Assembly: GCA_024679065.1 (NCBI GenBank)
Contig: JAGIQG010000005.1
Span: forward strand, 79,732,001 to 79,796,000
Direction of reading: 5' to 3'
DNA: 64,000 nt
DNA from: Sphyrna mokarran
Taxonomy: Eukaryota
A model generated the notes under the pieces. That model ran no database searches and was not told the DNA's origin. It was given only the letters and a program-made list of their open reading frames with translations. Shown here piece by piece: positions 38,045 to 50,363 of the stretch (its first letter is position 1; each line of letters begins with the position of its first letter). The translations under genes and the position numbers were made by a program.

Positions 38045-39849
38045 TCTTTTGCCCTTTATGTATTTGTAAAAGCTCTGGATTCTCCTTTGCATTTACTGCC
38101 AGAACAATCTTGTGTGCCCTTTATGCCCTCCTGATTTCTCTCTCAACTCTACTTCTACATGTCCTATACTCTTTAAGGGATTAATAATCCCAGCTGCCTA
38201 TGGATGTCATGTTCCTCCTCCTTCTTCTTGACCAGAGCCTCAATATCTCAAGTCATTCAGGATTCCCTGCTTCTGTCAGCCTTGCCCTTCACTGTAAGAG
38301 GAATGTGCTTTCCCTGAACCCTGATTAACATACTTTTGAAAGCTTCCCACTTACCAGATTCCCTTTGCTTTCCCACAGACTCCCCCAATTAACTTTTGGA
38401 AGTTCCTGTCTCATAGCATCAAAATTGGCCTTGCTCCAATTTAGAATTTTAACTTTTGGGCCAGACCTATCATTCTCCATAGCTGTCTTAAAGCTAATAG
38501 ATTTACGGTCACTAGTCCCAAAATGATCCCTGACTAACACTTCTATCACCTGCCCTTCCTTATTTCCCAAGAGGAGATCAAGTTTTGTCCCCCCCTCTAG
38601 CCGGGCCATCCACATACCAAATGAGAAATTTCTTCTGAATACATTCAACAAATTTCTCTCCATCAACTTTCTAATAATTGACTGTCCCAGTCAATGTTGG
38701 AAAAGTTAAAATCCCCTATTATTACGACCCTGTTTTTCTTGGAGCTACCTGTAAGCTCCTTACGTATTTGCTCCTAAATTTCCCACTGACTTTTGGCAGT
38801 TGACAGTACAATCCTATCAAAGTGACTTCCTCTTCTTATAGACTCAGTTCTATAGACTCAGTAGACGAACCCTCAAATATGTCCTTGCTCAGTACAGCGT
38901 GATGTTTTCTCCAATCAAAAGTGCAAACCCCCCTCCTCTCTTACCTCCTGTTTTATCTTTCCGATAACATGTGTATCCTGGAACATTGAGCTGCCAGTCT
39001 TGTCCCTCCTTTAGCCGTGTTAAGCAATTGCTATAATCTCGCAGTCCCATGAACCCATCCATGCTCTCAGTTCATCTGCCTTACCCATCAGGCCTCTTGC
39101 ATTGAAATAAATACAATTTAATCTGGACTTCCCTTACTGTCTGCTCTGCTTTTGCCTAATCTGTCTGGTACTAGGATTACTGACATTGCCTTTATTCCTT
39201 AATGTGCTCAATTTAACTTCTGTGCTGTCCTTAACCTTCTCATCTGTGGTAGATATTGGCAAAATCATGACTATTGCGCAGCCCCAATTGTCACTCACTT
39301 GTCATAGAGCTAAATATAAGCACAGTTGGGCCCAAAAAGATTCCATAAGGAAATCCTGCAGTGAGATATCAGGACTATGATAGTTGTCCTGTGACACACA
39401 CAGCTATTTATTTTTCTTGATTTGGGCATAACTCAGATACTATTGATCTCAGCAATACTGAATGTTTTCAAATTTATAAAGTTGAAGCTGAGGTGGTTAA
39501 GCAGATTGACAACTACAGAAATATTTTAATTGTAAAGTCTAGGCAACAGGGAAGTTGAAATCAGATTTGTATGTCATTTGGAAGAGTTTATTCCATGACC
39601 AACCCCTCCATCACCACCCCCACGGTCAGGGTAGAAATCTCTTGCCAGTTTGCTAGCCAGGATTCCTCAGGGGGTGAAGATGAATTCCCAGGTTGAAGAG
39701 ATTGATGGTACTCTAGGTGAAGAATCTGAGCTCCTCTTGTAGGGAATTCACCTGCCAATGACCAATTAATAGTCTAGAATGTTTGTCCCAATTGATCCCT
39801 GTGAGAAAGCTGCAGAGCAGACTTTTTGGCACTCATGCATTCTCCACCT

Positions 39850-40180
39850 GGCCCGTGGAGAGACAATCCTGATGACTTCTTTTGCAAGAGACATAGGAGA
39901 GGTTCCACGCAATTTGAATATGATTAGCCAGACATAGGGCAACTTTGATGCACACTTTTCCCATAACAAAGGGGCACTTAATTGTTCACTGCACTGGTAT
40001 ACCAATTCGCATCTAGATGACAAAATGTACCCAGACCTAAAAACTTGCAGAGTATGCAAGTGTTCATGATCTACTCTGTCCAATGCCTTCTCTTGATTTA
40101 GAGAAAAGAAGATGCTCAACAGATCAGGCCTCTGGGAATGATGAATCAGGACCAGATGAATGTTGTTTATAAAGGGTTCA
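39850..40180 (-). mobile_element. Tx1-group RT fragment
   Basis: NNIHLV.LIHHSQR....FFSLNQEKALDRVDHEHL matches the LDxEKAFDRV RT motif of the L1/Tx1 group. Confidence 0.75.
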
Positions 40181-40309
40181 AAATCAATGTATTGATGTGC
40201 TTTACTCTCATCAACAAGCTTAATAGTGTGAGCTGGTGTTTGTGATTGATCTGTTAATGCTAATACCAACAACAACTTGCATTAGGGCCTGTTCTGCATT
40301 GTATGTTTC

Positions 40310-42100
40310 AATGATTTATGTAGCACCTTTAACATACTCAGCTATCCCAAGATACTTTACAGGGTTGCTACTGAATAGAATTTGACACCAAGTTGTAAAC
40401 AAATATAATAGGATAGATGACTAAAAACGTGGACAAACAGGTCAGTTTTAAAAAAGATCTTGTAAGTGGGGAGAATGATAGACAGATTGGGAGCTTGAGA
40501 GAGATAGAATTTGAGTTTATGACCAGGCGGCTAATGGTCACCAATGGTGGAATAAAGAAATGTGTGAAAGATGTGTAAAAGAGCAGGATTTGTGGTGCAC
40601 CAAATTCTGGAAGATTTGTAAGGCTGATTTAGTTCAAGTGTTAGAGAGAGTGAGGAAGGTTACAAAAAGATTTGAACACAAGTGTGAGAAGGTCAGATTC
40701 ATAGCACTGAATCATAGGATCCTATGGTGCAGAAGGAGGCCATTTGGCCTATCAAGTCTGCACTGACCACAATCCCACCCAGGCTCAATCCCCATAACCT
40801 CATGCATTTATCTTAGCTAGTCCCCCTGAAACTAAAGGACAATTTAGCACGGCCAATCCACCTAATGAGCAAGTTAGCACTCGGGGGAAACCCACACAGA
40901 TATAGGGAGAACGTGCAGATTCCGCACAGGCAGCGACTCAAGCTGGGAATCAAACCCAGGTCCCTGGCGCTGTGATACAGCAGTTCAAACCACTGTGCCA
41001 CCATACCGCCCTGGCTAGATAAGGAGTCAATATTTCAGCAAGCAGAAGAGTGATAGGCAAATGGAATATAGTGTAAGTTAGGGGCAGGGTTTTGCTTGAG
41101 TTCAAGTTTAGAGGCCAACAAAGAAAGCATTGGAATAATTGTGTCCAGAAGTAACAAGGAGATGGATGAGGGCTTCAACAGCACTTGAGCTGATGCAGCG
41201 TGAAGGTGGAAATAATTATACTTGGTAATGGTGGGGATATGGTATCGGAGCTTGTTTCAAGGTCATATAGGAGGGCAATGTTTGGAGCAGTTAGGTCAGT
41301 CTCAAGAAAATGGCCAGTGAGAACATACACAATGTTGTTTTTTGATTGTGTTGAGGTGAAACATGTAAGTGCTAAATGGGGGCCAAGGCTAGCTTGATTT
41401 GGGAATGGTGCAGGAGCAGGTAGAGAAGCTATTGCAGATGATTCTCCAAGACTGGATGAGTAGGAGTAGCCTTTTTTAAGAACAGATGTTGGTTTCTTTT
41501 AAGGGATGAATAGGAGAGGAACCAGATGAGAGCAGTTCCTGCCAGCTGGATAATAGAGAAGAGGCATTGGAGAAGGATGTTGTAATGAATCATGTCTGTA
41601 GGTTGAAAAGGATGAAGGAGGAAAGTTTACTTTAAGGTGAAGGGAATTTGAATATTAGCTAACATAGGAACCAAAAAGGAATGTTGGATGGTCAGTTATG
41701 TGGGAATAATGTGAACTGGGCAAGATAAGCTTAGAGAGAGCATGAGGGGAGACAGGTAAGAAATCAAGAAAGATGGAATTTCAGGATGAAGGCGGGAGGG
41801 TAGTTGCGGGGAAGTTTGGCTTGGTGGATTAGGGGAGGGAAGAAAGTGACAGGAGCCATGTAATTCATATTAATGAAACAGATTTATGTGAGTGAAACCA
41901 AGTCCATGAGCTTCTTGTATTTTTTGGAAGTTGAGGGGGGAAGGAGGGGTTCAGAAATTAGTTTGTCCTGGAGAATAGAAACTTAATGTTATCTCTGCAT
42001 TCTAGGAAGATCTTGGAATAATGAGCAGTTTTTACAGGCGAGAGAACAGGATTCAAAAGTTGTTTATAGTTCAGTTTGATCTGGAATTAAATGACTAAAC
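40310..42100 (-). mobile_element. Old L2-like LINE remnants interrupted by a SINE
   Basis: TTTATGTAGCACCTTTAAC..CCCAAGATACTTTACA is the reverse complement of an L2-type tail; purine-rich decayed ORF2 upstream; right boundary uncertain. Confidence 0.55.
40710..41010 (-). mobile_element. HE1-type V-SINE
   Basis: GGGCGGTATGGTGGCACAGTGGTT head, partly deleted V core, GGATCCTATGATTC tail. Confidence 0.9.
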
Positions 42101-42159
42101 CAATCTGCATCCCTTTTACTTAAAGAAGGGATAGAGATGTTATAAAATAAGTGTTTCCC

Positions 42160-42260
42160 TGGGAGGTGGGCATTGCTGACAAGGCGAGCATTTGTTGCCC
42201 ATCCCTAATTGCCCTTGAGAAGGTGTTAATGGAAGCACCTTCCTGAACTGCTGCACTGCA
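42160..42260 (-). mobile_element. Family B LINE tail fragment
   Basis: GCATTTGTTGCCCATCCCTAATTGCCCTTGAGAAGGTG is the reverse complement of the tail at ~8400-8440. Confidence 0.8.
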
Positions 42261-43022
42261 TGTTGCGTGAGTACATCCAGACTGCTATTAGAAAGGGAGT
42301 TCCACACTATTACAGGGGAACAATGAGAGTGATAGCAAGCCTAGTATTTTTAATGGAGACAAGGAAATCAAAAGTGGAGGCAAGGATGAGAATGAACAGA
42401 TACACCCAAAATTGCTACGTAAGGATACACATGATGTCTTTGCAAGCTCTAACAGTTTGATTTCAAGATGTTAGGATACAGTATTTCAAAGTAAAGTGGA
42501 GTTGCTTAAAAATTAGCCATGTCAGCAAAACATTGAATGTATTGCCCCATGCTGCTGGATGTAGTGAGAATACTTATAATCACACTCAATTATGTCATTC
42601 ATGCATAGGAGGAGCAGGCAGCATGAACAGAATAAAATTCACTAATGGATGTTTAGAACTCAGTGATTCAATGCCATCAACTCTCCCTCTCTAAATTGGA
42701 ATGTGATTTGTTTATTTTGGTTTAAAATGTGATATGCTGTTTTTTCTCATCCTGTCTTTAATGTGTATATAATTAGAGCTCTCTTTATTTAAATCTGGCA
42801 CTGATTTATCTTGGACAGCATTATAACTCTCATTTCTAATATTTTTCCAACTTTGAAGATTCTGTAATTCGATGTTATGTATATTGTAAATTCTGGTTGC
42901 AAACATTTTTCATTTTTTTCCAGATCAAGGCTATGAGTGGGTTGCAGCTCTGTGATGGATGCCATGTTATATAATACAGACCAATATTCTAGAGTCCACA
43001 ATTGATGCTTGTCTGACATAAT

Positions 43023-43279
43023 GGGGGCATAATTTTAACCTAGCTTGTTGAGTGGGAAGCCTATGGGATCAGGTGGGAGATTGCATTTACACTTCGCCCA
43101 GTGAAGCAATTTTAATCTATCCCATCAATCAGAAAACTGGTGGAATTAGGTACAGTGTTGGTTTTACATCCCACCTGAATTTTGTTTCCATCAAGTCAAT
43201 AGGTGACATTGGATGGGATGTAAAATCAGCATTCTGATCCTATGGGTTTACTGCCTGGTGAGTTAGGCTAAAATATCCT
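43023..43279. mobile_element. MITE-like palindromic element (possibly Harbinger-derived)
   Basis: Imperfect terminal inverted repeats ATTTTAACCTAGCT / AGTTAGGCTAAAAT, and internal inverted pairs CCTATGGGATCAG/CTGATCCTATGGG and TCAGGTGGGA/TCCCACCTGA. Confidence 0.55.
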
Positions 43280-43519
43280 GTGATTAGTTAGTGATTGGCT
43301 CTATACAGACTTTTATTGTATTAATGTATGCTTATTCAATAATGGTTAATGCAAATATAAGGAAACTATATTCCAGCATAGTACTGCTGCTTTCTGTTTG
43401 GGTCAACTACCTTTTTTTCAGTAATCCTTGCTAATGTACAACATTATGTAGAATTTACAGCACAGAGAAGGCCATTTATACCAATTGGCCCACACCACAC
43501 TCTCCTTCCATTCCTGTCA

Positions 43520-44430
43520 TCTCAGTCAGCATTCAAATGTATGCTGACAACATCCAGCTTTTTCTCACTTCCTCTTCAGATTCCTCAACTGTTGCTAAAT
43601 AATAAAACTGCTTATCTGACATCCAGTACTGAATGAGTAGAAATTTCCTTCAGATAAATGTGGCAAAGACTGAAGTCATTTTGGCCTCTCACTCCAACCT
43701 CTGTAACTTAATTACCCACTCCACTCCTCCTGGCAACAGTCCAAGACTAAGCTGGTTTGTTTGCAAACTTTGTGTCAGATTTGCCTCCCAAAGGTGAGAT
43801 GCTGACCTCTTCATCTCATATTGAAGACTGTCTTTTTACATCTTCATGAGTTGCTCAACTTCATCCTGTCTGCTACCGAAGCCCTTATCCATGATTTCAT
43901 TACTTTTAGACTCAATAACTTCAACATCTCTTGGTGGTCTTTTACAATTTGACCCTCTCTAAACTTCAGACTGCCTGTTAGCTTGCAGCAAATCCTGTTC
44001 CCCTATTACCCCTGTACTTGTGACTTACGTTTGCTCCAGGTCAGATAAAGTCTTGATTTTTAAATTCTCAACTTTGTTTAAAATCCCTTGGTGGCCTTGG
44101 CCCACCTTATCTGTAATCTCCAGCCCCCACAACCCTCTTGATATAGCTGGGTTTCCTTAATTCTGGCTTCTTCTGAATTCCCAATTATAATTGCATTACC
44201 ATTATTGGATGTGCCTTCAATTGCACACATCCCTAGCTCTGGAATTTCTTTCTTGTACCTTTCTGTCTCTGACTGCACTTTTCTCCTTTTAAGAAACTCC
44301 TTAAAACTTTCATCTTTAATGATTCATTTTCTGACCTAATATTGTCATTTGTGATTCAGTGCATTACTTTATTTTCTAGTAGCACCTTGAGATGTTTCAT
44401 AATGGTAAAGCTGCTACATAAATATTGTTG
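43520..44430 (+). mobile_element. L2-clade LINE 3' half, degraded
   Basis: MYADNIQL (degenerate YADDTQL), CLSDIQY.MSRNFLQIN..KTEVI, AFITFRLNN; tail AGCACCTTGAGATGTTT..GCTACATAAATATTGTTG. Confidence 0.8.
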
Positions 44431-44682
44431 AAGTCTATTAATGAATTTTGTAATAATGTAATAACATGCTTAAAGTATGCTGCTCACTTAGGAGCATGAT
44501 TCTGATGAGACTCACCAACCCTGGCAGGAATGTCCATTGAAAACTCCTGACAGACTTATTTAAAGCATTGCAGACACCTCGCAAAGTGTCAAAGTTGAAT
44601 GGCATATTTTACCTGCAGGTATAGGTGACAGCTGATGAAATACTATGTTTTCCTTGTCAAGTGTTTTCCTTGTCACAGTGCT

Positions 44683-45198
44683 CCCACTTGGAGTACTATG
44701 CGCAGTTCTGATCGCCTCACTACAGGAAGGATGTGGAAGTTATTGAGAGGATGCAGAGGAGATTTACAAGGATGTTGCCTGGATTGGGAGGCATGCCTTA
44801 TGAAGATAGGTCGAGGGAGCTAGGTCTCTTCTCCCTGGAGAGAAGAAGGTTGAGAGACGACTTGATAGAGGATTATAAAATGTTGAGAGGTATAGATAGG
44901 GTGGATTCTCGGAGGCTATTTCCCAGGGCTGAAATGGTGCCTATGAGAGGATACAGGTGCTGGGGAACAGGTATAGAGGAGATGTCAGGGTAAGTTTTTC
45001 ACTGAGAGGATGGTGAGTGAATGGAATCGGCTGCCATGGTGGTGGTAGAAGTGAACTCACTGGGGTCTTTTAAAAGACTTTTGGATGAATACATGGGATT
45101 GAGAGTTATAGATAGGTCTGGTAGGTATGGATATGATCGGTGCAACTTGTGGGCTGAAGGGCCTCTTTGTGCTGTAGCGTTCTATGTTTTATGTTCTA
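44683..45198 (+). mobile_element. CR1 3' end
   Basis: ERMQRRFTRMLPGLGG..LGLFSLERRRLRDDLIE; tail TTCTATGTTTTATGTTCTA. Confidence 0.9.
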
Positions 45199-46139
45199 AG
45201 GCTCTGTTCAGTTCTTGATTGGCAGTGGGCGGATTAGCTGTTAATAGTTCTCCGTCAGATCAAACTTCCTCGACACAATCTTGAATAATGGCCAGCCACA
45301 TGTACAATGTTATTCCTATGATCAAATAAGGCCATTTTGTGCATGTTTATTTAAATAGCCCTGATGTCAAAATAGTATCTTCAAGAGTCTGAGTGTGAGG
45401 AGTCACCCTGCCCAACTTCATTCTTTCTTGCCACCTGGGTAATTATGAAGATATTATCTGTTATCACTTGCTTCATGCATACGTGCAATGTGGAGTGTCT
45501 GATGTGACAGGTATCTCCTGCAGTGGCTTGGAAGTATTTGGTAGTAATTTTGACGCTAAGTAATGTCTGCCTTCAGATGTTATCCTGTCTTGTGAAACGG
45601 AAGCTGTGACAACAAGTCTGAGCTTTTGTGTACTGATCTCCAAATGTGAGGTCTCTGTTTGTTGTTCCCTTCAATTTGTGTCTTCAGCTAAATTTCCTGC
45701 AAGGAATTTCCATCCTCACTGTTTTGTATGGTGCAATTTAAAGGCAGTGACATCTAAGAATAATGTAAAAGTTGTGGGGAAAAAAATTCAAATGATACAC
45801 AGACCAACAAAATCTACAAACGTATAGAGAAAAATATAATTGCAAACACACAAGAAAACTGTAATTGAAATATCATTGAATAAGCTTGCTCCCCAAACAT
45901 CATTGTGCTCTTTTATATAAATAAGACACGCATTAACTCTTGCCAAAAATCATGTGAGTTGGCGTGGGAGTCTGGAACTCATAGGTTTCCTATTCCTCTA
46001 TATAACATCTCTCTTAATCCCAAATTCATTGCATCCTATGTAATGTGCATTTGTACGTCTGTGTCCTCCAACAATAGGGCTCTATGTTGCTGGCAATATC
46101 TACCCATTTATATCTGCAGTCAAAATATGTAAGTAAAAT

Positions 46140-46435
46140 GCAGCACAATGGCATAGTTGTTAGCACTGCTGCCTCACAGGCCAGGGATCTGGGTTCAACT
46201 CCGGTCTCAAGTCACTATGTGTGTGGAGTTTGCACATTCTCCCCATCCTATGTCTTTGTGGATTTCCTCCCACAGTCTAAATATCTGCAGGTTAGGTTGA
46301 CTGGCCATGGTAAAATTGACCCTAATGTCAGGGGGATTAACCGGGTAAATGAATGGGATTATGGGAATAGGGCCAGGGTGGGACGTAATTGATGGGCCGA
46401 ATGGCTGCCTCCAGTACTGTTGGGATTTTATGATC
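46140..46435 (+). mobile_element. HE1-type V-SINE
   Basis: GTTAGCACTGCTGCCTCACAGGCCAGGG head, GTGGAGTTTGCACATTCTCCCC core, GATGGGCCGAATGG..GGGATTTTATGAT tail. Confidence 0.9.
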
Positions 46436-47430
46436 TAAATCAGCCAGTTTCAGAGAAATAAAGTAAATCTGGTGACTCCTCTCACAGTAGCATCATAAAA
46501 TTTGAGTTGAAACACTAAAAGAAGGCAGTTTAAAAGAAGAATTTGATTCATAGCAGAGTTAATTCCTGTAACATGTCTTGCCCTGTCTGTGGGTCAGTTG
46601 GAGTGAAGGGCTCACGATTCTGCCTTTCTGCTCCTAAAATGGGTCAAGCTGCAGGTGGGTGGATGTCTGCAACTGCTGTCTACTCAACCCACCCACATGC
46701 AAAGTAGCAACCTAACGCTGGTAATTAAATATACTTTGTGTCTGAATAGATAATTTTAAAAAGTAAAAAATTACATATAATTCATTCCAGTTTATATCCA
46801 GCATGATGTTGCTGGGGTTGCCTTATTCATTCCTCCCAGGTATAAAAGATTGGATCAGAAAATTGATGAAAGAGAAAATGAGACTAAGTCAGAACATTGC
46901 AAATTTTGTTTTTATTAAAACAGGTAAATTTGAATTATTGATGCAGATGAGCATTTTTAAAAACTTCTTTAAATAATATTTGAGCTCCTGTCTACTTAAA
47001 AATGTCTTAAAGTAACATATGTACCCTATGTTGAAACTGTTATTAAAATAGGATGTCATGATACTGAACATTAGAATTGAACACCTCAAATAACAGTTAA
47101 ATGGTAACATTTAATCACAGTTACCATGGCCATTTGGCCCATTTTGTCCATGCTAATTCTGTGTAGAGCAATCCGATTAGTCCCATACTGTCACCCTCTG
47201 CTCTAGTAACTCTGCAAGTTTATTTCCCTTGAGCATCCATCCAATTTCTGTTAGAAAATTTTAAATGTTTCCACTTCCATCACTCGTAGTGATTCCAGTC
47301 ATTACCCCACACTGTTTTAAAAATAATTCTTCCTCGCATTCACAATGCATTTTTGCCCAAATCTGTGCCCCCCATTGAAATCCTTGCACCATCAATTGGT
47401 GGAATCGACTTTGACTTGCCTATCTTCTCT

Positions 47431-47520
47431 AAGTAAGAAGTTTCACAACATCAGGTTGAAGTCCAACAGGTTTATTTGGTAGCAAAAGCCGCTAGCTTTC
47501 GGAGCACTGCCCTTTCATTC
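47431..47520 (-). mobile_element. Penelope-like pLTR fragment with truncated hammerhead core
   Basis: AGTAAGAAGTTTCACAACATCAGGTTGAAGTCCAACAGGTTTATTTGG..GCTTTCGGAGCACTGC is homologous to the ends of 20490-20885 and 48594-48897. Confidence 0.8.
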
Positions 47521-48684
47521 TAAGAATTCATCCACATCATATTTTCTCTAAACTTATCATAATCTTGTACACCTCTATCAAATATTATCTTTACCCCAAC
47601 TAGGATAATCCAGACTTGTAAATATGTATAACCATAACAGTATTAAACAGGATGAAGAAACTAGGGATATAAAGGTGTAGGTACATTGATCTTTAAAGGT
47701 AAAATTGCTGGTTGAAAGACAATTTAAATACCAAATAGAATTCTGGGCTTTATGCTGCGGACCATTGATTACGAAGTTGGTGCCATGAAACATTTGCCAA
47801 GTCAGTACGATGGAACTATGCAGTTCATCTGGGCCATGAGAAGGTTAATTAGGATGAAATCAGGAATGAGAAGTTCCAGTTATGGGAAAAGGATTCAAAA
47901 TGTTTTTCCATTTCTCATTGGTACAGTAGGCATCTAGTAAAGGCTTTCAGAATTATAAAAGGCTTTGAGAGGGAAAGTAATTAAAACTTGTTTCTACTGA
48001 CTGGTAAATTGTAATGAAGTGTGCACAGACTGAGGATTGTCTAAAATAGGTGTGGTGATCTTAATTTGCAGTATGCTGCAAACTTTTCAATCACTGTTGC
48101 TGCTTTGAAATTAAAGATGCACTATTAATACCAGTGCTGGGTAATGAAGCAGAACAAGTGAGGGAAGATTTGGTAATGCAATACAAACTAAACCATCATG
48201 GGAATAAAGTCAAAGGACAAAGGCAAATCATAATGAAGCTAAAAGAGGACCACACCCAGATTAACTGGAAGGAAACATAAATATGTTTGTAAGTCGCCAG
48301 TGGCAAATATTTGAATAGGGAATAGGAAGGATACAATTCAAATCAAGTGTATTCAAGCAAAGAGAAAGGAGCATTTCAAAAGGATCTGATTCCATGTATT
48401 GAAGAAGAAGAGATCAAATCTTTGACCGATGAGAAAAAAATTTCATCTGTAAGCAGATAAAAAAGGAAATTGGGGACAAGTCTACATAATACATAAAGAA
48501 CATGTTCTATTGATAATGCATATGACAAACTCTACTTAAGGGAAATTCCAAAAATATGGACATTTTCATGCAATACCTGCTATGTTTTTTGGTCATGATG
48601 TAGAGATGCTGGTGTCGGACTGGGGTAAACTCAGTAAAGTTTTACAACACCAATTTTAAATCCAACCAATTTATTTGATAGTAA

Positions 48685-48724
48685 ATTCGCGAGCTTTCGA
48701 CTTTATAGCCTTCATCAGGCAAAT
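48685..48724 (-). ncRNA. Minimal type I hammerhead ribozyme motif with intact core
   Basis: AUUUGC-CUGAUGA-A-GGCU-auaa-AGUC-GAAA-GC-UC-GCGAAU. Confidence 0.8.
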
Positions 48725-48805
48725 GCAGTGTTCTGGTCTGCGATAGCACTCATATCCACACAGACAGTGTGTGGATATGAGTGCTATCGCAGACCAGAAC
48801 ACTGC

Positions 48806-48845
48806 ATTTGCCTGACAAAGGCTATAAAGTCGAAAGCTCGCGAAT
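48806..48845 (+). ncRNA. Mirror hammerhead motif with mutated core (CUGACAA)
   Basis: Same helices as 48685-48724 but G8 is replaced by A, so it is predicted to be inactive. Confidence 0.7.
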
Positions 48846-49576
48846 TTACTATCAAATAAATTGGTTGGATTTAAAATTGGTTTTGTAAAACTTTACGATG
48901 TTTTTTGGTGACATTGTGGTGAGACTTTCACATCTTTGTATCATATAATGCTTATCATTCACAGGCCTTCTATTTTGCATGTAGGTAAATAGACCAATTT
49001 GAGTCTGCATGTAATTCCTGCCTCTAGCCACTGAGTGGTGTCTATGAACAACTTTCTGAAATCTTTGTTCCAGTTGGACGATATTATTGGTGTTTGCAAG
49101 AGCATCTTACATCATTCCTGGTTAGGTAGGCATTTTCCTTCACCTTTAAGCTCAATGTTTTGAAGTCGCTGGAACAGCAGTGTGGTGAAGCAGGAATAAT
49201 AGGGCAGCTAGGATGGTAGTGAATGTATTTCTCTAACAAATGAGATTTAAGAAGTGAGAAATGGACTGAGAAATTACTGGGAAGGAAATAATCTTTTAGG
49301 ATGAAAGCTGGTCCAGAAAGAGGAATGAAGAGGGAAAGAAAGACTGGCTTATGGGAGATAATAAACAGACAAAAATAAGGAAATTAAAATTTAGAATTTG
49401 AAATTGTGAGGACATTTGACAATTTACCAATTGTTGAAAGTGGTATGACAGGTTGAGCAGTTAATTAAAAAGGCACGCTGGATTCTGAGATTTATGAATA
49501 GAGGCATCCAGTACAAAATTAAGCAGGTTTCGATTGGAGCACTGTGTCCAATTCTGGGCACCCATCTCAGGAAGGT

Positions 49577-50363
49577 TGTGATGGTACTGTGCCCTTAGAG
49601 GCATATTTTGATCATATTTCTCTGCAGGATATTTCTAGCAGGCTCTGGAATTTTGTCAGCATCGTTTTGTCTGTAGCTGGTGTTCTTTATTGTTGCTGAG
49701 CATAATTGATAATATGTTGATTTTAATCTGAATTAATGTAGTTTTCTGTGGTTTTAACGTGTTCCCTAGGTTTGCTGAGTAGAGCTTGATTGGTTGACAG
49801 GTTGTCATATGATTGAGGATTTTTTCCACAGAGCATTATTGTTTTTAGTTTTATTTTTCACTTGCTGCCTGAAGTTGATGGAAGAAAACAGCTTCTCTCT
49901 CTCTATCTCTGTCTCTCCCTTCAACGGAGTTTTTTGAAAATTCCAAGACTGGGTAGCCTTTGAGATTTGTCAAACATCTAAAATTTGTCAAACATTTCAT
50001 ATTGGTGTTAAAATCTGCAAATCCAGTATCACGTGAGCAGATTTGCTTTAGTGCTAATTTACTTTGAAGAAGGGTGTTTCTCTATGGGGTTGCTTTGCAT
50101 TGGAATAATATAAGAAGCTAGCTGCAAAGAATTATACTGTCATATTTAAGTCTTGTAATTGGTAAAAGCAATGCTAATTCTTTTTGTTATGTTTTAACTG
50201 TACTGAAATAAACTTTCTATCTGATGAAAGCTTCCTAGTGGGTCACTTGAATCATACCTGGAGTGAAACATGTTTTGTTCACTCATGCCAAAATCTAATG
50301 TAAAACTTAGGGTCTTGGTTAACTTCACACAACACATTGGGGTTTTTGGCTTGGGTCATAACA
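49577..50363 (+). mobile_element. Solo LTR inserted into an old CR1 3' fragment (~49400-50650)
   Basis: TGTGATG...TAACA; related to 24405-25246; flanks read CVQFWAP.. on the left and VQK.F..MVPGM on the right. Confidence 0.72.

Larger units (their letters stand above)
33873..39120 (-). mobile_element. CR1 LINE with nearly the whole ORF2 (outer element of a three-level nest)
   Basis: CIYFNARGL at ~39115, [32 protein letters not shown], tail CTCTATGACTCTGTGAC at ~33875-33890; interrupted at 35610-38044. Confidence 0.93.
48594..48897. mobile_element. Fold-back Penelope-derived mini-element: 40-bp extension plus 129-bp inverted arms with a 5-nt spacer
   Basis: Arms 48634-48762 and 48768-48896 with 3 mismatches; 12-bp TSD ATGTTTTTTGGT at 48582-48593 and 48898-48909. 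Confidence 0.92.

Noticed and set aside
24405-50363. A single 26-kb provirus bounded by the two LTRs
   Set aside because: The LTRs are too diverged, each has its own continuous host flanks, and no gag/pol/env lies between them.
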